NCBI RefSeq assembly: GCF_030028105.1
Contig: NC_092383.1
Coordinates: forward strand, 98,355,604-98,419,603
DNA length: 64,000 nucleotides
DNA from: Mobula birostris
Lineage: Eukaryota
Direction: 5' to 3'
The notes beneath the pieces were generated by a model. The model was given only the letters and a program-made list of their open reading frames with translations. It had not been told where the DNA came from and did not search any database. Below are positions 1-13,400 of this stretch, piece by piece. The position numbers and the translations under genes are program-made. The stretch's first letter is position 1. Each line of letters starts with the position of its first letter.

Positions 1-482
1 GATTGATTCCTGGGATGGCAGGACTTTCATATGAAGAAAGACTGGATGAACTGGGCTTGTACTCGTTGGAATTTAGAAGATTGAGGGGGGATCTGATTGA
101 AACGTATAAGATCCTAAAGGGATTGGACAGGCTAGATGCAGGAAGATTGTTCCTGATGTTGGAAAGTCCAGAACGAGGGGCCACAGTTTGAGGATAGAGG
201 GGAAGCCTTTTAGGACCGAGATTAGGAAAAACTTCTTCACACAGAGAGTGGTGAATCTGTGGAATTCTCTGCCACAGGAAACAGTTGAGGCCAGTTCATT
301 GGCTATATTTAAGAGGGAGTTAGATATGGCCCTTGTGGCTACGGGGGTCAGGGGGTATGGAGGGAAGGCTGGGGCGGGGTTCTGAGTTGGATGATCAGCC
401 ATGATCATAATAAATGGCGGTGCAGGCTCGAAGGGCCGAATGGCCTACTCCTGCACCTATTTTCTATGTTTCTATGTTTCTA
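1..482 (+). mobile_element. CR1 LINE 3' fragment
   Basis: [38 protein letters not shown]; (TTTCTATG)n tail; near-identical copy at 59927-60405. Confidence 0.92.
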
Positions 483-489
483 AACTTCC

Positions 490-815
490 CACCTTTCACC
501 CATAACCCACGACTTCCTGTTGTAGTCCCATCCAACCTCAGTGGAAAAAGTCTGCTTGCATTTACCAGATCTATACCCGTTATAATTTTGTAAAGCTTTA
601 TCAAATCTTTCACAATCTTCTACATTCTAAAGAATACAGTCCTAACCTATTCAAAGTTTTCTTATAACTCAGTTCCTCCAAACTCAGCCACATCCTTGTA
701 AATTTTTGTCTGCACTCTTTCATCCTTGTTTACATATTTCCTGTAGGCAGGTAACCAAAACTGTACACAATACTCCAAATTAGTCCTCACCAATAAATTC
801 TGCAACTTCAACAAT
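490..815 (-). mobile_element. Degenerate CR1 LINE fragment
   Basis: Reverse-strand LEYCVQFW-like and LGLYSL-like sequence; similar to 7900-8105. Confidence 0.7.
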
Positions 816-1047
816 ATGTTCTGGGTTTTAATTATTTTTGTTTGAAGAAAGCAGGATGCTGGTGACAGTATCAGCTAAACCTAACTGCTGTAAGTGTAGC
901 TGAACTTCAGCAGCATGGAGCAGAGCTTGGGGGAGGTGTTAAGTTCAAACCCACCGCTTCCTCCTTCTGCAGAAATTTGTTGAAATCACCATGAGTCAGT
1001 GAGGCTGGCACTCTCCAGCAGCTCGACTGTGTAGACAGCCCTCAGGG

Positions 1048-1120
1048 ATGAAGGTTCGTGAGCAAGGCTATGGGATGAGGACTTGCTGTGGTGATCTCCT
1101 GGTCTGGCTACTTTCTGCAG
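1048..1120 (+). CDS. SLAM-like receptor leader exon (MKVREQGYGMRTCCGDLLVWLLSA; alternative start at 1075)
   Basis: Hydrophobic stretch ending in CAG|GTAAGA, phase 1; joins exon 2 to give LLVWLLSAACLA, a signal-peptide-like sequence. Confidence 0.7.
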
Positions 1121-1374
1121 GTAAGATTCCACCATTGATCTCCTCCTGCTGCCGTGATCAAGGAGGCCAGCTCAGTGTTGTCCTTCAGTCTGTTAGGAGG
1201 AATAGGTGTAGAGACAATCGCCATGATATTCCATCTCCTGCAACCCTCCTTTCACTTTCTTGCCCTCTCCGTCTCCATCCATCTCCCTCACTCTGTCTCT
1301 CCAACTTTCAACACTTTTTGCCTGCTGCTTCCCTTTCTTCACTCTACTTCTGATCCTTCTTCTTACTCTTTATC

Positions 1375-1407
<33 letters not shown>

Positions 1408-4400
1408 GCTCTCCTTTTGTCTGTCTCTCTCACAGCCACTGGTGATCTTTGTCCCTTTACTTCCAACTCATTTTTTACTTTTCTTTAATGCTATATTAAT
1501 CTTTCTCTGTCTCTCTCTCCAATATCTCTCAATCTAATTTCCATTTTAGGTCATCAATTATGTTCAAGTTAATAATCTCAAGAATTTGTGAAACTGCTTT
1601 TTCAGCATACAACTTCCTGCCACAGATATCTAAAGATCAGGCCAATACTCACTGTGCTGGGCTCCCCTCCCTTCCCCATTCCACCCCCCCAACATAATCA
1701 CTGTGCTGGGCTCCCTTCCTGTTCCCCATTCCCTCCCCCCAGATACTCACTGTGCTGGGCTCCCTTCCTGTCCCCCATTGCCCCCCACCCACCCCCACAT
1801 ACTCACTGTGCTGGGCTCCCTTCCTGTCCCCCATTGCCCCCCCCCACCCCCACATACTCACTGTGCTGGGCTCCCTTCCTGTCCCTCCTCCCCACATACT
1901 CACTGTGCTGGGCTCCCTTCCTGTCCCCCCCTCCCCACATACTCACTGTGCTGGGCTCCCTTCCTGTCCCCCCTCCCCACATACTCACTGTGCTAGGCTC
2001 CCTTCCCTTCCCCATTCCCCCCCTCCACATACTCACTGTGCTGGGCTCCCTTCCTGTCCCCCCCCCCACATACTCACTGTGCTGGGATCCCTTCCTGTCC
2101 CTCCTCCCCACATACTCACTATGCTGGGCTCCCTTCCTGTCCCCCCCACCACCACATACTCACTGTGCTGGGCTCCCTTCCTGTCCTCCCCACCACATAC
2201 TCACTGTGCTGGGCTCCCTTCCTGTCCCCCCGCCACATACTCACTGTGCTGGGCTCCCTTCCCTTCCCCATTCCCCCCCTCCACATACTCACTGTGCTGG
2301 GCTCCCTTCCTGTCCCCCCCACCACATACTCACTGTGCTGGGCTCCCTTCCCTTCCTCATTCCCCCCCTCCACATACTCACTGTTCTGGGCTCCCTTCCC
2401 TTCCCCATTCCCCCCCTCCACATACTCACTGTGCTGGGCTCCCTTCCTGTCCCCCCACCACATACTCACTGTGCTGGGCTCCCTTCCTGTCCCCCCTCCC
2501 CACATACTCACTGTGCTGGGCTCCCTTCCTGTCCCCCCACTACATACTCACTGTGCTGGGCTCCCTTCCTGTCCCCCCTCCCCACATACTCACTGTGCTG
2601 GGCTCCCTTCCCTTCCCCATTCCCTCCCCCCACATACTCACTGTGCTGGGCTCCCTTCCTGTCCCCCCACCCCCACATACTCACTGTGCTGGGCTCCCTT
2701 CCCTTCCCCATTCCCCCCCTCCACATACTCACTGTGCTGGGCTCCCTTCCTGTCCTCCCCACCACCACATACTCACTGTGCTGGGCTCCCTTCCTGTTCC
2801 CCCCCCACATACTCACTGTGCTGGGCTCCCTTCCTGTCCCCCCCCACATACTCACTGTGCTGGGCTCCCTTCCCTTCCCCATTCCCCCCCTCCACATACT
2901 CACTGTGCTGGGCTCCCTTCCTGTCCCCCCACCACATACTCACTGTGCTGGGCTCCCTTCCTGTTCCCCCCTCCCCACATACTCACTGTGCTGGGCACCC
3001 TTCCCTTCCCCATCCCCCCCCCACATACTCACTGTGCTGGGCTCCCTTCCTGCCCCCCCCCCCACATACTCACTGTGCTGGGCTCCCTACCCTTCCCCAT
3101 TCCCTCCCCCCACATACTCACTGTGCTGGGCTCCCTTCCTGTCTCCCCTCCCCACATACTCACTGTGCTGGGCTCCCTTCCCTTCCCCATTCCCTCCCCC
3201 CACATACTCACTGTGCTGGGCTCCCTTCCCTTCCCCATTCCCGGGAGCGGGAGATAGAGGTTGAAGACCAGGGAAACTGGAACGGAGATTCGTGTGGAAA
3301 ACAGGGAGAGGCGGGTGAAGAGATGGAGGAGGAGGAAGGCAGAAGCGGAGGGAGAAGAGTACAGCCATTGAGAAGGAAAACGGAGAGATGATGGAGAGTA
3401 GCAACAGTGTGCTCAATGAGATGGGTAAAAGAGCGATGGAAACAGATCAAAGGGCAGTGACATTCACAAAGAGGGGGCTGCAGGAGAAAGGAGAAGAGAG
3501 AAAGGAAGGGTAGGAGAGAGAGAAGAAGTAAAATCAGCCGTCATCGGAGTGCATGGCAGAGCAGGCACGAGGGGCCAAATGGCCTTCTGCTCCTGTTTCA
3601 TGGGTGGAGTCAGAAGGGAGAACAGATGGAGAAACAATGAAAGGTGAGAATATGTTGAGGAAGGAAGGAGAGTGAATGAAAAGAGAACTCGTTTGAGGGC
3701 AGGGAAGGGGCAGTGAGCAGGAGGGGAGAGGTCAGAGGTTGGAAGGTGTGAAGGGGCAGTGAGCAGGAAGGGAGAGGTCAGAGGTTGAGGGGTGTGAAGA
3801 GGCAGTGAGCAGGAGGGGAGAGGTCAGAGGTTGAGGGGTGTGAAGGGGCAGTGAGCAGGAGGGGAGAGGTCAGAGGTTGAGGGCAGGGAAGGGGCAGTGA
3901 GCAGGAGGGGAGAGGTCAGAGGTTGAGAGGTGTGAAGGAGCAGTGAGCAGGAGGGGAGAGGTCAGAGGTTGAGAGGTGTGAAGGAGCAGTGAGCAGGAAG
4001 GGAGAGGTCAGAGGTTGAGGGGTGTGAAGAGGCAGTGAGCAGGAGGGGAGAGGTCAGAGGTTGAGGGCAGGGAAGGGGCAGTGAGCAGGAGGGGAGAGGT
4101 CAGAGGTTGAGGGGTGTGAAGGGGCAGTGAGCAGGAGGGGAGAAGTCAGAGATTGAGGGGTGGGAAAGATCATTAGGCCATAAGATATAGGAGCAGAATT
4201 AGACCATTTGGCAGATTGAGTCTGCTCTGCCATTTCATCATGGCTGATCCAATATTCTTCACATCCTCAATCTCCTGCCTTCTCCCAATATCCCCTCAGA
4301 ACAGACTAATGAAGAAACTAACAACCTCTTCCTTAAATATACCCAATAACCAGGCCTCCACAGACACCTGTGGGAATAAATTTCACACATTCACTACTCT

Positions 4401-7400
4401 CTAGCTAAAAAAAAAACCTGCTCCTTATATCCATCCGAAATAGATGTCCCTCTGTTCTGAAGCTGTGCCCTCTGGTCCTGGATGCCCACTGTAGGAAGCG
4501 TCCTCTCCTCATCCACTCTGTCAAGGCTCATCAGTATTAGATAGGTTTCAATGAGGTCACCCCACATTCTTCTGAATTCCAATGAGTAGAGGCCCAGAAC
4601 CATCAAACACTTTTCATAGGAAAAGGAGAGATAATAAAGAACAGAGTGAAAATTAGAAGAGAGAGGGAAAGAAGGGGGCTAAGATGGGAGGGAGGGGCTT
4701 TTGTTTGGGGAAGGGAGGGAGGAGGTGTGTGTGGGGAGAGTGATAGAGAGCTCCATGCCCATAACTTGCCTGTCCTCTTCCAGCTTGCCTTGCCTTGGAT
4801 GTGAAGACTCCAGATTACCCAGTCAACGCCAGCCTGCACCACCAGACCTGGTTACCTGTGCAGGTGGAGCCCCTGCCACAGGGAGCCGAGGTCAGCTGGA
4901 GTTTCCAGAGTAATGCTTCCTCAACTCTGATCGCTCGCTATGAAACAGACACGAAGAAGGTGAAGTATTTTGTTGGCAAGCAGCTTGGGCAACGTTTCAT
5001 GATGCTGGACAATTTCACCCTCTGGATAAATAGTGTGAAGTGGGAGGATGCAGGAACTTACATTGTGACAGTCTTCACACCCAAGGAATGGAAAGCAGAC
5101 ACTTCCCTCCGAGTGTACGGTCAGTCTCTTCATCCCCCTCAGCTCCTCTCCACATTGCTCCGACTTTGGAGATAGGACAGTGGTATTGATGGGTGTGTGC
5201 TTGATGCCAGTCCCTCCCTTCTCCTTCACCAGAAACAGGAACAGGGGTGACCACTCGGCCCCTTCAGACCCCTGCCTGTTTGCCACCCCCCTCCCACAGA
5301 CCATCCCCTGGTACTCATTCACATAGCGAGAGGATGAAGTGCCCCCTTTCTGGGAAGTTCCACAGATTCATGGGAAGAACTTCCTCCTCACCCTTGTCAG
5401 AATCAAGTGGCTCCGTATTTTTAAAATGTTGTTTTAAATTATTGAGATATACCATGGAATAGGCCCTTCCAGCCCTTTGAGCCATGTTGCCCAGAAGTCC
5501 CACGATTTAACCGAAACCTAATGACGGGACAATTTACAATGACCAATTAACCTATCAACTGGTGTGTCTTTGGGCTGTGGAGCACCCGAAGGAAACTGAA
5601 GCGGTCACAAGGAGAATGTACAAAGTGCATACAGGCAGCAGCGGGAATTGAACCTGGGTCGTTGGTACTGTAAAACGTTGTGTTAACCACTACACTGCTG
5701 TGGCACCCCAAATCTCCACTCCCAGCTCCGCTACCATTTCCGAGCCGAGGGAATTTCCTCTCAGCATCTCCCTGCTCCAGCTCCCTCAGCATCTGCAGAA
5801 GTTAAAGTTAAAGATTAGTTTTATTTCTCACGTGTACATTGAAACATCGAAACAAGCAGTGAAATGTGTCATTTGTGTCAATGACTGAGGATGAGCTTGG
5901 GGCCGCCAGCAAGTGTTGCCATGCTTTCCGGTGCCCACACAAGATGCCCACAGTTTACTAACCCGAATTTGTTCATCTTTGGACTGTGGGAGGAAACCCA
6001 CGCAGTCATGGGGAGGATGTACAGTCTCCTTACAGACAGCGCTGGAATGGAAACCCAATCGGCGATCACCGCATTTCAAAGTGCAGCCACTACATCGCTG
6101 TGCCATCCAGAAACTGGCTTTCTATTCAAGCCTAATCTCGTCCCCGCAGCCCCCCGCCCTCCTTAGCGTCTCAAGGGGTGGTCCAGATCACCCTTGTCTA
6201 CCCCGCCCCCAATACCGGGGGCCCCTCCTTAGACAAGGAGAGCAGCACTGCGCAAGCACTCCAGGTGAGATCCCCCCAACACCCTGTCGACTGGCACAGA
6301 CCCCCCCCCCCCCCCGTGATGAACACCAGCCGGCTACTGTCCATGAGAAAGACTTGCAGTCACCACCCACGTGCTGACCTCCTGTGTTCTGTGTATGAGG
6401 CCGCCACACCCACTGTCTCCACTTACACGGCCTCCTGTGTCGCCATCCTCAGCACACCACGGGTCTCACCTTTCCCAAATTGCACGTCATGGGTCACGTC
6501 TTACATCCCGAATTGTCCTGGCAACTTAATAGCCACGGAAACGGGACCTTTCTGCTGATCCACACAGCTCCCATTGGCCACATCTGGGTCGTACTTTGCT
6601 CTACTTTAGATTGATCTGCTTTTCTATTGACTGCAGTCCCAGTCTGCCTGTCGCTGAGACAATTGAGAAGCAGGCTGTCACCAGCACTTCTCTCTCCAGA
6701 TGCACTCTCGCAATCGAGAATAACCTATTTGTTCCAGCTGTGTAAGTTAGCACGTCCTCGATGCCGACACTCAGACAATGCCCACATCGAAGCTGTGTTC
6801 CGATCGGGTCAGTGACCTTATTGAAACAGATAATCGGCCTGACAGCGGCTCAGGGTGGATGTCCTTCTTGGAGAGGGTGACATAGAACATTCCAGATGGA
6901 GATAAGTTGAAGGTTCAAAGGTTCATTTCATTGTCAAAGTATGAATGTGCAATAGAACTCCGATACTTATCTTCTCCAGGGAGCCAGGAAATATAGAAAG
7001 ACCATAAGATCTTGAATGCAAAGACATCGACTCTCCCCACCCCAACACACAAAAAAAAAGAAAAAGGAACAAAACTTGCAAACACCGAAACCCCCCTCCC
7101 CTCCCTGACAGAGAATGAAAACAGCGACAATAGCGTCAAATCCCCGACTCACTCCTCGTTAGAAAAAACAGTGACAACAACATAAATCTCCAACCCCCTC
7201 TACATCAGAAAAAAAACAGACCACCCCCTCCCCCCACAACGCACAACACCCCCAGCGCCCAGTGGAAATCGCTCCCCACCGCAGCAACAAAGTGGTGGCT
7301 GGTCAAACGGAGGGATCCCTACCAGAGAGACGGGAGCCTGCTTTGGTTGTGACCCCGAGTCAGGATGGTATCGAACCTGCTGATTCTCCTCACTTTCCAC

Positions 7401-10400
7401 CCGCAGAGCCGGTGTCCAACGTCACCGTGGAGGTGCTAAACATCACCTCTGGCCAGTCCTGCAACGTGACCCTCCGATGTTCTGCCGCAGCCGGAAACAA
7501 GCTGAGTTTCGGCTGGAGCCCCAGGAACGGTGCAGCCCTGGGGCAGATTTCAGACCGCGGCGCCGACCTCTCGCTGTCACTCGCCTCCTCTGACACAGTT
7601 GACTACGCCTGCACGGTCTGGAATCCCGTCAGCCAGGCGACTGCCCACTTCTCCAGCGAACATGCCTGTCAGCAGGAAGGTAAGTGTGGACAGGAACAGG
7701 GGACTAGAGTGACAGAGTCACAGACAAGTACAGCACAACAACAGGCCCTTCGGCCCATCTATGTGCTGCTGAGCCATTTAACCTGCGTACTCCCATCAAC
7801 CTGCACCTGGACCAGAGCCCTTCCATCCAGCTACCTATCCAAATTTACCCTAAACGTTGCAATCCAGCTGGCAGCTCGTTCCACATTGAGTGAAGAAGTT
7901 TCTCCTCATGTTCTCCTTAAACTTTTCACCTTTCACCCTTGACCCATGAGCTCCAGTTGTAATCCCACCCAACCTCAGTGTGAAAAACCTGCTTTCATTA
8001 CCCATCTATACCCGTTATAATTTTGTATACCTCTATCAAATCTCCTCTCAATCTTCTACGTTCTAAGGAATAAAGTCCAAACTTATTCAATCTTTCCCAA
8101 TAACTGAGGGAAAGGTTAGGAGCAGGCATGCAGGCAGTGATCAGTATGGAGATATGACCCACAGCAGCACGGCCAGTGGTAAGGGTGCTTTGTAATGTAC
8201 AGCACTGAAATAGACCCTTCAGCCCATCTCATTCATGCTGACTGTGTGTCTTTCTACGCTACTCCTATACACCCCATACCGTATGCCCTAGTAAATCTGT
8301 GCTACACTCTCTGTTGCTGCCTCGTGCTCCCTATTGTGTGGTAAACGGAACTGTATACAATATGCTAACTCATCTTTTGCATAGCTGCAACATCTCAAAT
8401 CTTATTCACAGTGCCTCATCCAACATACACAAGAAAACCAAATACTCTTCCATTTTGTGTCCACACTTACTCGTTGGCAATCAGTGATGAGCGCTGTGCC
8501 GCAACGGTTGGTGCCTGTGCCCACAACTGTTCATGATATACATTAACGATATGGAACAAGGGACCCAGTGCAGTGTATCTAAATTGAGTGGAAAAGCAAA
8601 TTGTGCAGAGGATATGGAGAGACTGCAGAGAGGTCTTGAGGGGGCTTGTGTATGAATCGCAAAAGGTTGGTTTGCAGGTGTGGTAGTCTGTCAAGAAAGA
8701 GAAGGCAGAGGGAATGTTGGCATTCATTGCTAGAGGGATTGAATTTAAGAGCCAACTTAACTATACAGGGTACTGGTGAGGTCACATCTGGAGTACTGTG
8801 TGCAGCTCTGGTCTCCCTACTTGAAGAAGGATATACTGGCTTTGGAGGTGGCGCAGAGGAGGTTCACCAGGTTGATTCCAGAGATGAGGGGGTTTGACAA
8901 TGAGGAGAGATTGACTCAGGACTGGGCTTGCTGAAATTCAGAAGGATGAGAGGAGATCTTATAGAAACATAAAATCATGAAAGGGATAGATAAGATAAAG
9001 GGAGGAAAGTTGTTTCCACTGATAGGTGAGACTAGAACTAGGGGACATAGCCTCAAGATTTAGGATAGTAGATTTAGGATGGAGATGAAGAGGAACTGCT
9101 TTTCCCAGAGAGTGGTGAATCTGTAAAATTCTCTCCCCAGTGAAGCAGTGGAGGCTACTTCAGTAAATATATTTAAGACAAGGTTGGATAGATGTTTGCA
9201 TAGTAGGGGAATTAAGGGTTATGGGAAAAGGCAGGTAGGTGGAGATGAGTCCATGGCCAGATTAGCCATGATCTTATTGAATGGTGGAGTAGGTTCGATG
9301 GGCCAAATGGCCTACTCCTGCTCTTATTTCTTATGTTCTTATATGTTCTTTCAGGGAGCTCTGGACTCCTAGATCCCTCTCTACATCAATGCTCTTTAGT
9401 ATCCTGCCATTTACTCTACACGTCGTGGACCAGGAACAATCCCTTCAGCCTGCCATGTCTGCTATGACCATGATGTTTGTCTAAACTAATCCCACCTGCC
9501 ATCATAGTCTATAATTCAGGGATAGTGAACATTTTTGAGAGCATGTGTCCAAATAGGGGATAATCTTCTGAAGATTTCTCTCATATACCGTGGTAATTTT
9601 GAGTACAGATTTTTATTGAATAATGAACAATTTACTTACTGTCTGTTCTGCCGCTGGCATTTAGGGCGGCAATGAAGGTCCTCCATCTCTGCCGGTGCTC
9701 AGGGCTTCCTTCATCACGTCAGTAGCTTCACTACCGTCAATCACACAAGTCCCGGGTGGAGACTCAGGAATACAGTCCCACACAGATGTAGAAGGATTCT
9801 TCATTGCTGTTTCCGTAACAGTTTTGTTTAACCAGTCAGGGTTGTTAGCCCTGAGCTGAACCTCTGAACCTGGAGGACCGGTGGACCACTCTTAGTCTGG
9901 CCTCTAACCTTTCACCTGTTTGGCATGGGTGACCTTGCCAAGAGCTAAATGATAAAGCCTTGACTCTCCAGGTCATTGAGGCAAGCAAGCCTCCAAACCC
10001 TACAAGGTTGTGATCCCTCTTGGAGGATTTATGAATTAGTAACAATAATTATAGACTTTTAAAATAAAAAGCATGTCCTGTTGTTTATTTATGTGCATTC
10101 ATTGTGTTAATATTAATAAGAGTATAACAGAATGAGTGAAATAAATGAAACATTTTAGAAAACCAGTTCAAAATTTACTAAAATTAAACTTTCAAGAAGG
10201 CAATTGAAAAATACCATAATTTCTAAATAGTATCGTTACTGAACCTCATATACATTCCGAGGCCGCTGTTGGTCGGGGTCAACCATTGATGTTGTGTCCT
10301 AGGTACGCGAGCCTAGACAGTACGATATGGAGAGCGAGCTGTTACCACGTAGCAAGCTCCCCTTCTCCATGCATCTGATGAACCCAAAGGAATGGCAGCG

Positions 10401-13400
10401 ACTGATACAGTTTGGTTCCAGCAATGTCACAGGGAGTTGACAGTCAGCATTGAACTCAAAGTTGGACTGTCAAAGGGACTGCAGCTCTGGATTTTTCCCT
10501 CAGGATTTACTCCTGAAGTCTTCACCATGAGTGGGCATTGCCATGAGGGATCGGAGTTCTGAGATCACTTTTCTTTCTCGTAGATGAGGTGCCAACCATG
10601 GGTGACGAGCCCCATTTACCCGAAGCGACTGGCTTTAAGGCGTCACTAACCTGCTCTAGCCCCTTCTTTTGTTAGTAGAAATGGCTCTCCTGGGCTTAGT
10701 AGTTAAACCACATATGAAGGCTGGGAGCTGGACTTGCTTGTCAGAGACTATTTGAGAGGCACATCATTGAGATCATTTGATGGGTAGTGGGAGCTTGTCC
10801 CCATTACCACCCCCGGCTATAACAACCTTAAGGAACCACCATATACAGTATTACATAAGAAATGTAAATGTAAATCATAAACTTTGGTACATATTCATGA
10901 GAGATGAAGGAAAAGAAAGACACTTTACTCTCAGTGAGACTGCACTAATGATGACAAACAGTTTATATCCATGTGCATTCAGTTCTTTTGAGAGCTGTGC
11001 AGGTAGTACTGTATTTATCAGGAAGTCTTCTCCTGTACTTAGACTCCACCACGTTCATTTCTTTCTTTCCTAGTGTATCTGATATACTGAACAAACTGAA
11101 AAGAGTTTACAGCACAGTTTACAAGTATTTCACCAAGAAACTTAAAGAAAATAGTTTTTCTAAGAGAAGTGAAATGTATTTCAAAAAATAAATATTCACT
11201 GAGAAACTGAACTACTATACACGCAGCCATTGTTGTTATTATCATTGAATATCCAGTGTTCACTCGCAAATAATATAAGCAGGGGGTGATGTCATTGGCC
11301 CATTCATTTGTTATCCAAATCCTGACATGTACAGCAGGTCTGCAAGACTTTCAAAATGTGTCATCCAACATCACGTGCTCTTGCAACCATCTAGATGGCA
11401 GCAACCCAGATAGAGACAACTTCTAAACAAACGTCTCACTGCTCTTGGGTTGAAAATAATCATTCACTGCTTCATTTGGCAGTAAAGGTAATGTTTATGC
11501 ATCAATTTATTATGGGTGGGTAGCACTGCATGCCATGTGCCAACAAAATTTTTGCATGGAAACACTTACCATAACTTCACCAGCCTCGTACCTGTATCCT
11601 AAGCCCATTGGTGCGCCTATCCAAATGCTTCAGATGTTGTCCCTATGCGCTTTGACCACCGCCCCGGCAGTCTGTTCCATGTAATGCTACCTTGAATTCT
11701 TTACAGCTGCACGGACCACCCATTGCTCTGAGGAGGAAATTTTTACACAGACTGAAAACTGCACATCACTTTAAATATTTTTCTTTTGTATATGCATACT
11801 ATCAATATTTAGAGTGAAAACTGAAAATCACATACTTTTGGTTTTATTAATTGGAGTATAATGAAATACAGTACAACAAAGGAAATCTTTCACATTTTAT
11901 GAACTTTTTCTGTCTTTATTACAAATCCATTGTCCATAAGCACTGTCCAGATTAATTTTGCATCCAGATGAAAGATATGTCTTAATCCTCATTAGATCCT
12001 CCAAGTGTTCCACTTCTAGTCTGTTTCCGGATTTATATTTAATTGAATTCATAAGACTGAATCTATATTTACAATCAGCACTAGAAACTTGAAATGTTCC
12101 AACAATGACAACAAGAATTGATCGTTCTTCAAATTCTTCATTTCTACGCATGTAGTTCAACATAGTGAACATTTTAATTAATTAAATCAGCCTTAACTTT
12201 CTCAGAAACAACACATTCGAAATCACAATATTGCTGAAATATTTTTGAGGCAACACTTTCATTGTATATAAAAAGAAAATTCCAGCTGTGTGGTAACAAA
12301 GGCTATGTGCATGGTGGTACTTCAGTTACTGCATAGCCGCCCACCCGCACAACTTAGATGGAATATTGTTTCAAGCAACTACCATCCTTACTGTGATAAA
12401 CTTGCCTCACAGATCTCCTTTAACTGTTTTCCCCTCTCACTTTAAAAATCTGTGCCCTCCAGGGCTTGACATTTTCATTGTAACATAATTTGACTTCCTG
12501 CAATACATTACCTCATACCTGACTGGATTAAATTGTAGCTGCCACTGCTCTGCCCAACCTGCCAGTTGTACATCCAACTTTATCCTTAGGTAACCATTGT
12601 CGCTGTCTATGGTCTACCAATTTTTGTGCCATCCGAAAACTTACTTCTGAGACTGCTCCCACATTCTGAACCAAGTTCCTTATCTACATATTACAGCCAG
12701 TGTAGTGGCTAATGCGATGCTGTACAGCTCGGGGCACTTTGGAATTTGGAATTCAATTCTGGTGCTGTTCTGTAAGGAGTCTCTGTAAGTCCTTCCTGTG
12801 GCATGAGTGTGTTCTCTCTGGGTGTTCCAGTTTCATCAAAGACGCGCTGGGCAGGTGAATTGGTCATTGTAACTTATCCCATGGTTATGTTAGGGTTAAT
12901 TGGGGGTTGTGGGGTTGCTGGGGTGGTGAGGTTCGAGGAGTCAGAAAGGCCTACTCTACACTGTTATGCTAAATAAACAAGGGTCCCAGTGCCCATCTCC
13001 TAAATACAGAAATTGTTATAGACTTCCGGGACAACCCTATTGATCCGCAGATACTGAAACCTGGAACAGGATTTTATGATGTTGGACAAAGTCATAAGGT
13101 CAGGCACCGTCTATGGAGGGAAATGGTTAGTTGATGTTTCAGGTCAAGACCCTTCACCTCGACTCCGCTGCTGAGTCCCCCCCCAGTGCTTTGTGGGACG
13201 TGAGATACCTGACACGATTAGTCAGGGCATAGAGTAGAAGAGGCCAGGTTTTGATTTGACTCTTACAGAAGATCGGTTAGGCCACCCCTGGAGTTCTGCA
13301 CACAGTTATGGTCACCACACTGGAGAGGTTGCAGAGAAGTTTCACCAGGATGTTGATTAGATCCAATCATTTCCATTCTGAGGAGAGACTGGGCTTATTA

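Noticed and set aside
1645-3241. CRISPR-like constant repeat with variable spacers
   Set aside because: The 'spacers' are low-complexity poly-C variants, the context is eukaryotic and there are no cas genes
1588-3391. Long ORFs of 408-558 aa in all three plus frames
   Set aside because: Translations of a stop-poor minisatellite; the same three peptides cycle through the frames; located in an intron
5640-5705. tRNA gene
   Set aside because: Only degenerate A/B boxes at the head of a SINE; no cloverleaf
4784-7679. Ig/TCR V segment or rearranging locus
   Set aside because: The V exon lacks the canonical Cys pair, ends in a splice donor rather than an RSS, and is followed by a C2 domain
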